Positions 35,420 through 48,889 of a stretch of 64,000 nt of DNA are shown here, one piece after another. Every line of letters begins with the position of its first letter. Position 1 is the stretch's first letter. The notes beneath the pieces were generated by a model. The model was not told where the DNA came from. It worked only from the letters and a program-made list of their open reading frames with translations, and did not search any database. The translations under genes were made by a program, and so were the position numbers. The stretch comes from Isurus oxyrinchus (Eukaryota): the NCBI GenBank assembly GCA_026770705.1, contig JANJGN010000035.1, positions 13,888,001 to 13,952,000 on the forward strand, given 5' to 3'.

Positions 35420-36900
35420 CTGTCCATTCATGTACTAAGACAGTCAGATCTACCTGCACTGCAGCATTCTGAAGCTTCTCTCCATATAAATAGTACACTG
35501 CCTATTTTTTATTCTTCAAAAAATTGACAAATTTTTATTCCCCCACATTTGCCAAATTTCTGCCAATTCGCTTAACCCACTTCTAACCCTTTTCAGAATA
35601 TGTGACGCCTCCTCACGACATTGTTCCCCTCTATCTTTGTATAATTAGCAAATTACCCTACATTAGAGTCGATTCCTTCATGCAAGACATTGATATCTGT
35701 GCTGTCGAGTTTAAGAATTAGCACTGACCCTTGCAGCGTTTCTCTACTTACAGCTTGTCACCCTATAAATGACCCATTTATACCGATATTCAGTTTCCTT
35801 TGAGTTAGACCGTCATCTTTTCATGTTAACATCCTAAGCTCTTAACTTCTGCAGCACTTTTTAAATGACAACTTACTGGATGCCTTTTTATCAGGCAAAT
35901 ACACGACATCTGCACATTCCCCTTTATCAAGCCCAATTGTATTATCATCAAAAGACTGGAATAATCTTCTGAAGCACGATTTTCCCTTCACCAAACCACT
36001 TTGACTCTGCCGGATTTCAATGCGATTTTTGTCAATGTCCTGCTAGTAATTCTTTAAAAATGTTTCCTGCATTTTCGCAATGATAGATATTGGATTACCT
36101 GCCTTATAGGTTCCAGCTTTCAGTCACCTTGTTTTTCTAATAGTGGCGTTGTGTTTGCAGCTTCCCAAATCCGTCCGACATTTGCAAAACGTTATTGAAT
36201 TCTGGAAGGTTGCAACCCAATTTAACGACTATCTCAGCAGCCACTTCTTCAAAGATCCTGGAAAGCAGGCTATCAGTTGCGAGGAAATGTCAGCATTTAT
36301 TCCCAAGATTTTCATAGTATTACTTCCTCTAATTAAAGTGTTATTTCTAAGTTCCACTCACCCTATTTCCCAATACTGTTCTCATTTTACTGGGATGAAT
36401 TTACGTCCTGCACAGTGAAGACATAAACCAAATACCATCTTTAAGTCTCTGGCATTTCCAATTATAAATATGAAGTCTCACTGTCTGTCGGAAGAGCAAT
36501 CACCATCTCTGCTCTTTTCCTTTTATATGTACTTGCAGAAGCTTTCACTGACGGTTTTACATTAGTATTCGCTGTTGCATTTCCCTTATTTTGTTGTTGC
36601 AAAGTGCTCAGGGTAGTGCAAGACAAAAAGCTTCAACAGATCCCTTTTTCAGCAATGCTCAGGTTTCATATTTCTCTCTGTTTTTTTTTATCATAGCCCA
36701 ATTTCTGGCTGGACATTGGACTCCTTTGCTCCTATCTAATACCATTCCAATGACTAATTTTTGCCGCATCTTACATTTAGTGAAATGCCATCCATTATGT
36801 CCCGCCTTACCCATGGATGGTGAATCCCTGCAGCAGAGCCCATTTTCCTCAATGCAACATATTCTTGCTGAAGGTGGTAATATATCTACTAAAAAGGCGG
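35420..36900 (-). mobile_element. CR1 LINE ORF2 remnant (mostly deleted in copy A, remnant at 19475-19610)
   Basis: Reverse-strand RT and tether motifs (gcacgattttcccttcaccaaaccac, gtgaagacataaaccaaata); same left junction in both copies. Confidence 0.8.
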
Positions 36901-38029
36901 CTATTGCTTCTTTGATGTCTTACATTTTAACTTCAGTCTCTTTTGCCAAGTTTGTTTTCATAACCTACTTATGGCCTTCACTTATGCCCAATGCATTAAT
37001 TCCAGGCATGCCTTTCAATCCTTTAAACGGATTGTTTGCTGCGGAATCAAAGTGGGCGAGAGAGCAAACAGGCCCTCCCAACACCAGATCGAAAACTTAT
37101 TAAAAAAAACTGCATTCGGGCTGAGCATTGTTCTCTGCAGAGAGACAATAACAAGAGTTCAAACGGCTTTCAACACTCTGACACGGATAGCAGACTACAG
37201 TTTTTTTTTGTTGTGGTTTGCTGCTCATAGCAATGTTTCATATTTATTTTGGGGAAGTACTGTTCAAAATGCTCGTGAACATTTATATTTTTCTAACTAA
37301 TGTTTATGACCGCAACTATGAGCCAATGTTCCTCAGTTGCTTCCTGTTTTCTCATTCATCTCAGTACCTCTGACGAGTTAATAGGGCTATTTTGGTTTAG
37401 GTAGAATCGGATATGTGCGCTTGCACTTCCGCAGAAGTATGTTAGCAGGTCCATACATTTGCATTTCAATACTTTTCGCACGTTGTCAAGAGCAACAGAT
37501 CCACAGCCAGTACTTCCAGGAAGCTGCAAAAATTAATTTGCAAATTGTGAACATGAGAACAAGTTGTGAGGTAATGAACATTAACCCCCCCGTTCCCTTC
37601 CCCCATCCCACCACCACCACCACCCCTGCTCTCTCCCTTCCTTTCATGAAGTTACTTGCCAAAGATATCCAGATTTTAAAGTCTACAGCTCGAAGCCTGT
37701 CGACAATTGAGGCTAATCCAACAAACACAAATCACAGGAGCAGACCCCTAGGTCAGTTGGCCCTGTGTCCGGATTAACATCTCAGTTTGTTATGTACTTA
37801 AGGCCCGAAATGTAGGTCTCATTGCTGTATTGGTGCCGGAGTGCTGATCATCCGAACTCCTAAATTAGGTACAAGATATTCAACAAGTCGGTTGATGAGT
37901 TGACCGCACGATGGTAAATGGAGACTCCGAACCATCGGCTTCTGCTCCAGATCATTATGAGCCCAGGCACATAACAAGTTGTAAAACAATCCCCAGAGAT
38001 TTTGCTGCCCCTTACTTCTCCTCGGGACC

Positions 38030-38420
38030 TCTAACCAGCTTGTGGGAAATGGGTTTAGAGCTTGTGCTTACACAGGTTTCATGTTCGTGGCAAAGATTGG
38101 CCATGAGCTCTATTGTTTCGTGAATAATATTAGAAGTCAGATCTCCCGATTTGAACAGATTCTGCAGGGATAGAAAATCATTGGTTTGCTTAGCAGGGGC
38201 CCGCCATTCATAATCTCTAGAAAGGAAATTCAAATCTCCCACCGCTCTTTGAAGATTTCGACTTCTGTTTCTGAAATGATATGAAAATGAAAAGCACTGT
38301 ATGGGGCATGGGTACAGCAAGGACCAAGGTGGCAGTGAGCTGCATTCACAATCTGCTCTCATGCACCATGATAAGGTGCTCCACTGTTCTGCTGGGGCTT
38401 TGGTGGGTTCATTTCAAAGG
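38030..38420 (+). pseudogene. Possible decayed ZNF relic
   Basis: TGT GGG AAA (CGK)...TTA CAC AGG TTT CAT...GAT TGG CCA. Confidence 0.3.
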
Positions 38421-38439
38421 GTACAATAGAGCCAAGCAC

Positions 38440-38680
38440 ATTGCCAATTAAAGCTCGATTCACATGGAGACCAGGAATGGTTAGGCAACAGAATGTCCTT
38501 CCCTAAGTGGCGCATCACTTGATCACATGGTTTTGCTTTTCCGAACATCAATCGATAGCTTGTAGGCGAACTTTCTAACCCCTGGGCTTAGTCATTGAAT
38601 CTGGATTCCAACTGCTGCCATGATCAGATTGGAAGCCATTCTGCTGTGGCCTCAGGGTTACCTACGCAATGACTTTAACG
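38440..38680 (-). mobile_element. Degenerate tRNA-derived SINE
   Basis: ggcaacagaatgtccttccctaag...gatcacatggtttt...caactgctgccatg. Confidence 0.55.
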
Positions 38681-38739
38681 CAACAGAAAAAATGGCATTT
38701 TATAGAGGACAGATCGCGGTTTTAGCTTGTCACTATTAA

Positions 38740-38998
38740 CCACATGCCACTCCTGTCCTTAACTGGTGCGGCAGATATAAAACTTCTGTCCCACACCAGC
38801 ACCTTCTTGACTTTAGCCTTCCACTATGCTGGCCGGGTGAGCCTTTTGCTTGTCTCAAGAAAACATGGAGGACAAATGTGAAATGAATGCAGGAGAATGA
38901 AGAAATTATTGGCCGTTTGGAGCCAGAACTGTCCGCTTTGCAATCAGTAGAGCCACGAAACAGGCCAACACATTCAGGAAGACCGGAATAATTAACCT
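38740..38998 (-). pseudogene. Decayed ZNF relic, truncated by a CR1 insertion
   Basis: Minus ORF QHSGRLKSRRCWCGTEVLYLPHQLRT is similar to [32 protein letters not shown] linker-like segment. Confidence 0.4.
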
Positions 38999-38999
38999 G

Positions 39000-41580
39000 T
39001 AGAGTCATAGAGTTAATCAGCACACAAAAACGACCTTCAGACACTTGTACCCGTGCTGGCCATCAAACCTGTATATACTCTCATCCTTGTTTCCAGCAAT
39101 TGTCCTATATGCTATGGCTTTTCAAGTTCTCTTCTAAATCCGCCCTAAGTGTTCTGAATGTTCCTGCCTCTACCACCCCCATAAACAATGTGTTCCAGCT
39201 TCCTGCCATCCTCTGGGTGATTGTCTTCAAATCCTCTCCAAACCTCCTGCCGCTTAATTTAAATCAATTGCCCCTATTTATTGACAACACCGCTAAGGGG
39301 AAACCTTTCTTCCCATTTATCCTATCTGCATCGCACATATCTTTGGAAACATTTATGAGGTCGCCTTTCAGCCTTCTCTGCTCTGTCAAAAACAATGTCA
39401 ATCTGCCCAGTGTCTCTTCCAAGCTGAAAATCTCAAGCCCAGGCATCATCCCAGTGAATTTCCTCTGCACTTTCTCCAGTATAAACTCATCCTTCCAATG
39501 AATTGGTAACCAAAACTGCATACAGTGATCTTGCTGTGGCCTAAAGAGTATTTTATTGAGCTCCAATATAATCTCGCTGCTCCAATATTCTATGCCTCCG
39601 CAAATAAAAGCAAGTATCCCATAGGATTTCGTAAGAACGTTATCTACCTGTGTGGGTACCTTCAGCAATCTATGGACGTGGCTACCGTACCCTTCTGATC
39701 CTCTGTACTTCCTACTGTCACACTATTCATCGTGTATGCCCTTTCCATGTCGGTGCTGCCAAAATGCAACACCTTACACTTATCATGATTGAATTCCATT
39801 TTGCACTGCTCCATCCACCTTACCATCCCATCTATATTGCGTTGTTTTCTAAGGATTTCCCACTCACCATTGGCGACAACACCAATTCCCGTGTCATGTG
39901 CGAACTTACTGATTGAACCTCTTATAATCATGTTTAAATCATTAATGTAAACTACAAACAGCAAGGGTCCCAGCACCGATCCCTTAGCGTCATCTTTCAT
40001 CAGAGGCTTCAAACTGTAAAATCAAGATTCGAGCATTAAACTCTGCCTACTGCAATGAAGCCAATTTTTGCTCCAATTTGAAAGACTGTTTTAGATCCAA
40101 TGGACCCCTCCCTTCTTGAACATTCGCCCGTGTGGGACCTTGACAGAAGACTTGCTGAAGTCTACGTGGACTACATGAACGTCACTACCCTCATGCACAT
40201 CCCTAGTCAGCTCCTGGAATCATTCAATTAAATTTCTTAGCCATGATCTCCCCCTGACCAAGCCATGCTGACTATCTATTAGTATTACCTAACTATCTAA
40301 GTGGAGATTAATCCTGTCCCTCAGACCTTTTGACAATAGTTTCTCAACCACTGAAATTCGAATCGGTGGCCTGCAATTACCTGCATGTTCTCTTGTTGTT
40401 TCCTTGAATAACTTTTCCACACTTGCGGTCCTCCAGTCATGTGGCATTCTCCTGTGGCCAGACAGAATTTGAAAATTAGTGTCAGAACCGCTAACATCGG
40501 CTTTTTTTTTAGCCTCATCTGATCTTCAATATCCCTTGGCATCCACGGATCCCTAGATTTGCTGGACCTACCCTTCACCTTTACATGCACTTGTTGTTCC
40601 TCAACTCTAACTAATTACTTTCGAATGGCTATCTACTGGTCTGATATTGACATTCCATCAAACAGCTGTTCGTAATCAACTTTGGACAGATCTTGTCTTA
40701 TTTTATTGAAATCGGCCTTTCCCCATTTCAAGACCTACATTTCCGGGCCTTCTCTGTCCACTTCCATAAGTACTTTGAAACTTAAATTGTTATGGTGACT
40801 ATGGACGAAATGCCAGACCCACAGACCTCTTCCCCCCACCCCCCAGAAAGCATCTTCTACCATTTGCCTGGCTTCATGCCCGATGATTAGGGAGAGTACC
40901 GCGCATTGTTTCTACGTGCTGGCTCAAGACATTTTTGTGGATGCCCTTTTACAATTCAGCCCCATCTAACCCTTTCACAATAAGAATATCCCAGTTAATT
41001 TTGGGGACATTGAAACACCCTGCTATAATTGTCCAATTATTATTACACTTCTCTGAGATTTGCCCACGTACTTTCTCCTCTATCTCTCACTGACTTTTGG
41101 AGTCCTATTGTACACGCCCAGCAAAATGTATTCCCCCTTTCCATTTTGAAGTTCTTAACATAAGGCCTCAATAGAGGAACCTTGTATGATATCGGCTCCC
41201 CTCACAGATGCAATTGTCGTCCTTGGTCAATAGAACAGCGTCACCTATGCTTTTACACCCCGGACAACCCTCCCATCGTCATATCTGAAGATTCTATGTC
41301 TTGGGAAATTGATCAGCCAGCCTATCCTGCCCTTTCCTCATCAGCGTTCCTGTTTGAGCAAAAATATCATATTCCCAAATGTTAATCACTGTGCCCAATT
41401 CTTCTGCTTTACTTGTTAGAAGCCTTGTGTCAAATAGATGCAATCCAGCCTTGTATTCGTCCATTGTGCATTAATGGGTCGATATTTGGCCTTCCAGACT
41501 GACTTGCTTCCTCTTCCATGTGAGGCTGTGCATGATCCCCGCCTGTATTTCACCTCTACATCCGATCATCCTGCATCCCA
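39000..41580 (-). mobile_element. CR1 LINE, about 2.6 kb ORF2 remnant to 3' end
   Basis: GSVLGPLLFVVYINDL...ISKFAHDTGIG...QFWLP...LEKVQRKFTGMMPGL...RRLKGDLI; tail agagtcatagag. Confidence 0.95.
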
Positions 41581-41799
41581 CGTCACAAGAAAATAATCTA
41601 ATTTATCAAAACCAGGGACGAAGGAAAAGCCTTGAAAGGAATACTGCAAAACTATAGATGAACAGCGGAACCCCCAAAGTCACTGCTCCAACTGAGGCGG
41701 CACAATGGACTTTCCCACCACTTCCACCCGTCCCCATCCAATCCCATGAACTCAGAGCAAATAACACTAAGCCGGCCTCCCGCATCACTGCTAGAAAAG

Positions 41800-42110
41800 T
41801 AGAACTACACCTGTGCAATATAACAGTGTAATGCCTTGAGGGCCCGGGAGTCAGAACAGATGGTGAATCTTGAATAAGAATTCTCATGTTGACCGTGAAA
41901 CCATTGTTGATTTTTTTTGAAAGCCCATGTGGTTAACTTCTCCCCTTTAGGGAAGGAAATCTTCAGTCCTTACCTGGCCTAGTCTACATGTGGTTCCAGA
42001 CCCACAGCAATGTCGTTGACTACTAATTGTCCTTTCAAACAAGGGGCAATTAGCAATGGGCAATTAACAGTGCACCTGGCCAACGACGCCCACATCCCAT
42101 CATCAAATTA
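41800..42110 (+). mobile_element. tRNA-derived SINE with LINE-derived tail
   Basis: gaccgtgaaaccattgttgatt...cctttagggaaggaaatct..gtccttacctggcct...gcaattagcaatgggcaat...gacgcccacatcccat. Confidence 0.85.
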
Positions 42111-42439
42111 GGAAATTTCATCGTGAGTTTTAAATACCTGAAGAAGTCATCACTTTTGTGATTATGTATAATTTGGTTTTTAACTGTGAAGGGATTCAGA
42201 AAGTTTGCAAAACAACATGACTCCAAAACATAATGTTGAATTGGTGTGCAACCCTTGAATTCATAATTGTGTAAACATTTTTAAAGTGATATTTATTCAG
42301 GTTTCTTTGCAGATTTTTTTTTTACTTGTGCTCTTTTGCGATGTTTATGATCCAATAATGGGGAAAATATGGAGTTGCATGCAGAACAAGTAGCATGGTT
42401 ACTTAGGCAATAGGGGCTGAAACCCAGGATCATTTATAT

Positions 42440-42560
42440 AAAATAAGCAAAATATTGGGGATGCTGGAAATCTGAATTAAAAACAGAAAAATCTCAGCAA
42501 GTCTTGGAGATCATAAAACAGAGTTGATCTTCGAATCCGTATGACCTTTCTTCAAGTTTC
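42440..42560 (-). mobile_element. Penelope-like pLTR remnant
   Basis: agcaaaatattggggatgctggaaatctgaattaaaaacagaaaa...cagagttgatcttcgaatccgtatgacctttcttca. Confidence 0.7.
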
Positions 42561-42659
42561 CGCTGTGTAAGTTTCAGTCATCTCTCTACTCCAGGGTACA
42601 TTTTGTGGACTTCCTTGTGAACAGTTAATTCCCTTTTGTGAGGTGGAGTGATTCTTGTT

Positions 42660-43030
42660 GGGGCCAAGGAGGCACGATTCTCACTGCACATCTGTGTAAG
42701 TGGCTGGTTGTTGAATGAGCTGTTCATTCAACATCACACCATATCTAATGTCCCATTGGCCCGAACATCTGCTGTGTGCATACAGGACTCTACTTGATAT
42801 CGCTGCTGAAAGGTAACATGTTTTTCAAAGTTAAAAGTCTACTTGGATGCAGTAAATGCATGTGAGAAATTATTGCAACTTCTCAAATGTTGCTGAATGT
42901 GTTCATCCAGAAAGGCTGTTCATGCAGAATAGATTTCATGCCACCAACTGAAATCCAACTCTGACTTGCCTATCCCTGTCTGTGCTTGTTCTTCAATGTA
43001 TGTGCTAAATGTGCACACTGAGTCTCCACA
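42660..43030 (+). pseudogene. Decayed C2H2 ZNF array
   Basis: GTG CAT ACA GGA (VHTG, 42776), TGC AGT AAA TGC (CSKC), GTT CAT CCA GAA AGG CTG TTC (VHPERLF, 42901), GTG CAC ACT GAG (VHTE, 43011). Confidence 0.55.
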
Positions 43031-43199
43031 TTGTGCCTTAATACTCCAGCAACAGTTATAGACAGAATGCCAGGAAAACTTATCAGCTCCTGCTTTAGTG
43101 TAAAATGCACTATCTGTTTTTTGCCTACCAATAGGAGTTCAGTTAGGTATTCCAGCAACATCTGATTCGCTCAGGGCAGTTTATCTTCTCCACGAAAGA

Positions 43200-44045
43200 G
43201 AGCCAGTCCATGTTCAAATGCAGCAAAGACCTGGAAAAGACCCGGGGTTGGGTTATCAAGTTGCAAATTACTTTTGTGCCACAGAAGTGTCAGTTAATAA
43301 TCATGTTCAACAGGCAATAATCCAACCATCGCTCATTGACATTCAAACAAATTACCATTGCTGAATCCCCCATTATCAACATCCCAGGGGTTATCATTGA
43401 TCAGAAACTGAACTGGTTTACCCATATAAACAGAATGGCTACAATTCAGTTCAGAGGCTAGGAATCCTGTAGCGAAGAATCGACCCCCTTACTTCTCTGT
43501 CCACCATCTAAAAGGCAGAAGGCAGCAGTGAGATGGAATGCTCCCCATTTGACTGGAGGGGTGTAAACCCCACAACACACAAGATGCTTGATACGAACCT
43601 GGTCACAGCAGCAACTTGATTGGCACCTCATCAGTAAAGGCTCAATGCCTCCACAACCGACACATATTAGCAACCAGCAGTCTACAATCCAGAATTCACC
43701 AAGGCTACATCGACAGCTCATTACAATCCCACAGCCACTACCATATAGAAGGACAAGGGCAGCAGATAGTTAGGCAAACCACTACCTGGAACAACCCCCA
43801 CCCCACCCACCAACCCCAACCTAGTATAACGTTCCACCTTGACTTGGAAATACATTGGCATTCCCTTCACAGTGGCTGGGTTAAAATCCAGGATTTAGCT
43901 ACCTAACAGCACAGTGGGTGTACCTACACCACATGGGCTGCAGCAGTTCACGAAAGTAGCTCACCACCATCTTCTCAATGTGCAATGAGGGATTGGCAAT
44001 AAATGCTGTTCCAGCCGGCTAATTCTACATCCCATAATTGATTTA
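43200..44045 (+). mobile_element. CR1-group LINE, RT C-terminus to 3' tail (partner of the SINE family)
   Basis: accattgctgaatcccccattatcaacatcccaggggttatcattgatcagaaactgaactgg (TIAESPIINIPGVIIDQKLNW); tail gcaatgagggattggcaataaatgctg...acatcccata. Confidence 0.85.
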
Positions 44046-44714
44046 TTTTAAAATAAATGAGCCTGTATTTCTATCCCTGGTATGTCGATCATAATTGTGT
44101 TTCAAGTCTGATGTGACCTGACATGCAAGTTTGTTGCAGTTCTCTTGTTTTGTAACTCAGCTGTGTGGAAGTATTTGCACCATACTTTTCACTATTTCGC
44201 AAAGATAGGGAACACACCAAGTTTTTTTTTTTTCATAAAGCACTAATCAGTCATGTTGCTAGGAAAGCAATGTCAAATTCGAACAATATCATGACTTCAA
44301 TGTGTTCAAACAGAATAACCCAAAATATGCACAGTGAAACATTTTCATTTAATACAATGAACTGTGTAAAAGCATCCTTTCATACTGTTCAGTCTTAATT
44401 CGTATTCCAACAAATGGAATTTAAATTATGGGGAGCGATTTTCATGAGGATCTTATGGAATATAAATTTAAATACACACCGGGGAACATTGACTTTTCTG
44501 ATAGTTGAACTGAAATGAACCTTCACAACAAAAGGGCTTGAGATTCTCGGACGAATGTCAAACTGAAATTATGAGGTCACAAAGCAAATTTGATAGATTT
44601 TACAAAAATCAGGAAAAAAATATCATTTTGGATGTGTTGCTAACTCGCTTAGAACCTCATGACTTGCAATCCTGAGCTATATTATAAGGTAGAGAATGGT
44701 TCGTTTACATTTAA

Positions 44715-44940
44715 GCGAAATGTTACCATGTAGATATCTGTGAAGGTGCCTCATTATTTGGTAAGGGAGACAGGGCTGATCTTCATGTGGATGTTCGACA
44801 CTGCACTGACCACAGCAGGGGTGCGTCATCAGCCCCTCAATTAGTCGACGATGCAGTGGAAGTGAAGATCCAGTGAACGGGATGCTGCCACACGCATCAC
44901 TAATAATAATTGAAACCAAGTCAGGGACTCACATGTGAAC
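44715..44940 (+). pseudogene. Decayed C2H2 finger
   Basis: TTT GGT AAG GGA (44757; FGKG for CGKG) followed in frame by CAC TGC ACT GAC CAC AGC AGG (H-x3-H-S-R). Confidence 0.5.
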
Positions 44941-47149
44941 AGGTAAGTTACAGACACTTGCCTTATTGCTATATTCGTTCTTCAGTCACAATTTCAACAG
45001 ATAGTACTTTATAATCTGGATACTCCAGGAAAATCGTTCTGGTCGATGTGTGTATGCGAATCAATAATCGCCCTCTTTAAATTGACTTCCCCTCTCCATT
45101 CCCAGTGAAATTACTTGTATAATTCTTATTTCGTCACAATAGTGTCGGATATATAAAACTTCTCTTCACAGCCTGATGGGCCTTTTCTGTACTCCCTCAC
45201 TGGATCACCAGAGTGCGGATGCCAGGACTTTATATTTTCTGTACAAGCTGTGTCTTATGGGAGAACCAGGCATGCCTCAGGGAAAAGATGCATTAATAAG
45301 TGCGCCTGTAATGGGAGATTGGTTTGGCAATAGGCGTTATGAGACGAGAGCTTTCATGTTATGATATTGAAACGATGATTACTTTATCGGAGTTTTAAAC
45401 GGTCCAAACAATCAGGACAGAAGGCATCTTTTGGGAGAGCTTACTCCTGTTGAAACCCACTTATCTGTATTCAGTGTCCAGGCCACTTTAGAGCAGTGTA
45501 CCACGGCTTGGAATTTTTGTGGCTACCTATTGGAACAGGAAATCCGTTCTTGCACACAGCAGGTATTCTACACATTTATATATCTGTTTCTCATTGTTAG
45601 ATGATTGTTTAACAAGAAGTCAGGGGTTCCTTGAATGCTTATTTCAAAATTTGCAAAATGAAATCCTGCAGCTTATAACTCGATTTCTTATATAAAGGAG
45701 AATGATGTGAGGAAAGTGTTTATGAAATAAATTGAGGGAAGAAAGTCAGCCGAACGGAAAGCTGTATGCGCTCGATGAACTGGAGAGGCTTGCCTGGCCT
45801 GATTATTTCCAGCAACTTACTGGTATAAAAGCAGTTAGCAGAAAACAAATTTAGAACAATACCTTATCCAGTGAGGTTTCAAAGGAAATTAGACGCAAAA
45901 CTGCTCAGTACAATTATTTGTGTTTTTTTTTCTATAATGAGCAGTGCAATGACAAATTGACTAACCATACTAGTTAAGGGTATATTATTATGATTACTGT
46001 TGCCATCATCGGTATTACACAGAGAATGAAACTTCAACTGATCGTTACAATTTCAGTTAACAGAATAGAGATTGAGGAGAATATATTATCAAGCGTATTT
46101 GCAAACGATATTAGACATCAAGATTCCATCAGTGCAATCATTTTCCTTTTTTTTCAGATCAATGGAACGCACCACATCAAATTACTCCTTAAGATTAGAT
46201 ATTTACAATTAATATTGCCATCATCATTATTAAACAAAGGATGCAAATTCCTGTGGAACATTTGCACAGGGCTTCATTGTAAGCATAAATTGGCTGCCGT
46301 ATGAACTGCAGTTCTGTTGACAATGGCGGCACAATTCTAAATGCAGAGAGTAAGTTCTTGCAATTTCAGAGCGCATGTCAGACAAGTGAAAAAAAAAAGC
46401 TTTTTGGAAATGAATCACTAAAAAAATAAGATATTGATTGTCACCAAGTCCCCGACTGGGAATGAAATTTTCCGTTGGAGGTGTCGTGATTCGTGAAAAA
46501 TGATTGAAAGCAACAGAAACATTGCCCGCCTGTGATAAATGTCGGATTCACAACACTCGAGCTTGGGTAACTGCTATCAATTATGTTTATGCATTCGGTG
46601 CCATATTGTTTATAATCTCACAAAATTCTGTTAGGAACCTATGATATAATAAGGAACTCTGCTCAATCAGTATTAAGCGAAACGTTCACAAGCTAAACTT
46701 TGAGGAAATATTTTTATATCTTACGATATATTGTTTATCCATGATTTGAAACATGCCTGAATTAAGGAGCAGTGCATCCGGACCACCCATTCACCACATA
46801 TACAAGCAGTCCACTACAACGGAAGGACCGGTGAGGCTCTCAGATTTTTTTCAGCAGCCAGAGAAGTAACCAGCCGTGCAATGAAGCTGCATCTTAAGAA
46901 AACTCTCCGCATAAGATAAATCTTTTATTTTAATTGTAATTTTAATCCCATTCAGATGGGGTAAAATTTTAGCAGATAATGTTGCACATCATTGTACAAT
47001 GGATTAAATGGCGCCATCGGTAACCTGTAAGAGAATCATGAAATAGATGTTAACATTAGTTCGCTTCGTTCTACACAGTAATATTACTTGTATAATTTCA
47101 GTAGGGACTCAAATTGACAATAAAACGATTATATTTCGAAGTTTTTATT

Positions 47150-47560
47150 TCTTATGTCAGTCTTGGGACGAGGGCTGACAAGCTTTGTATTAAATGTTCA
47201 TTTAAAGTTTCCCACATTGACAAAATTGAGCTGGGCTTCCGTCCGGATCCGTCACAGGCTCTGTGGCGATGATGCTCCCATAGTATTAGCATGGATGGAT
47301 TGGAGAAGTTCGAGCCAGCGAAGGTGGGGAAAAGATTATTTATTTACAAGTGACGGTGTTGTGTGATTTAGATTGGCTCTTCCATATGCTCACAATCGCA
47401 GAGACAGGCTGCCCTAGATCTTCTCGGAGGTAGAGTTTGCGTGTTTTTTAGGCGCTGTCCACAATGTATGGATGGCTTCCCAGAGTGCATCCTGCAGACG
47501 GAACACACTGCACTCTCCTGTCCAAACGTGGTGGACGAGATTTTCTTTGAACTGATCCCG
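47150..47560 (-). mobile_element. Degenerate CR1-group LINE 3' fragment
   Basis: ctcccatagtattagcatgg...gagccagcgaagg...gctgccctagatcttctcggaggtagag...gtgcatcctgcagacggaacacactgc. Confidence 0.6.
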
Positions 47561-47609
47561 AATAGATGTGTTAATGCCCTAACTCAGAATATTTTATTAG
47601 ATTGGTTCC

Positions 47610-48410
47610 ATGATCCCCCATCTGTCTCCTCTGCCCCTTCTTACCCCTCTTTCTATCTCCTCTCTCCACCCTTCCTCTCTCTCCTGCTCTTCGTGTTAAT
47701 AAATTAATTTGGGATGCTTTGTGTGATTTGATCCCTAATCAATCATTGTTTCCTTTTCCATCTTCCTCCAATACTTCTTATATTTTCTACCCCCTCCCCA
47801 TCTACTTACCCGCTCTGTCCCCTGGTATTCAACAACCCCACCCCCACCCCACCCCAAACCCCCCAATCTCTCTCCTGCTCTCTCTTTCTCTCTATCTATC
47901 ACATCAGCCATACAACTGTCTACCTTGCTCTCTCTCGCTCCTCATCTCTATATCTCCCACACAGCGCCTCCTCCTGCTCTTTCTCTCAATCCCTTCTCCC
48001 AACACCGACCCCTTCCCCTGTTGTCTCTGACTCTCTCTCTCAATGTCTGTCAGTATCCCTCCCACCCACATACTCCTCCGCACTCCCTCTCTTTCTCTCT
48101 CATGTCCCTTCTATTTCTCTCTCTTTCCCTCTCCCTCTATCTATCTCTGTACCAAACCTTCCCACTCATAGCAGAAACATTCTCTCTGTTTCTCTTTCTC
48201 ACTGCATGTCAGTATGTCGCGAGCTCTCTGTCTCCATCCCTCTCCATCTCTCTCTCCTTCTGACGCTGCCCACTGCTTTCATACACTCCCTCTCTTTCCA
48301 TCTCTATCGTTGCCACCACCGCCCACTCCTTCTCTCTATCTATCTATCTATCTATCTCTCGCTCTCTTCTTGCCTCTCTTCCTCTCCCTCTCTCTCCCTC
48401 ATTCCCGTTA
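47610..48410. repeat. CT-rich polypyrimidine tract with short (TATC)n
   Basis: Low complexity; paralog of 19790-20530. Confidence 0.9.
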
Positions 48411-48539
48411 TGTTTTCCTAGATTTGATATGTTTTAACTGTGTGCACACTGTGGTACTTGTTATCTTTTAGGTGTTTCAGATTGCCTTGGGAGTGTTGTT
48501 TATTCTCTACCTGATTTTTATCTAATGGACAACAAGAGC

Positions 48540-48889
48540 TCTGAGCCCAGTGCCCTTATCAAGAATATACAGAACACATTGGCTGAGCGGCCAGTCGGTA
48601 GGTTTCTGGTCAAGGACTGGAGCAATCAATGTGAGAGGAATGGGATGGTTCGAACTGAGCAGATTAGAATGGTGAATAGTGACTGTGCATTCATGTAGCA
48701 CAGCCTAACCGATGGTTTTTCAATGTCATCCTTTCAGAAATTAACGCCAATCTTTCCTTTGCAGCACTAGGATGTTGATAATCCCCATCAGTACTTAGAA
48801 GCACATGTGAACCTGTACCACTTGCTCAACTTAGAAGAATAATGGCGATTTTGTTTTCCACAGATTTGTAATCGCCATTTCCCACAAAC
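48540..48889 (-). pseudogene. Decayed ZNF exon following a 3' splice site
   Basis: Acceptor ttttgcaaattaatttctttgcag (ends 48890), then VCGKWRLQICGKQNRHYSSKLSK...ggttcaca...KDDIEKPS. Confidence 0.5.
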
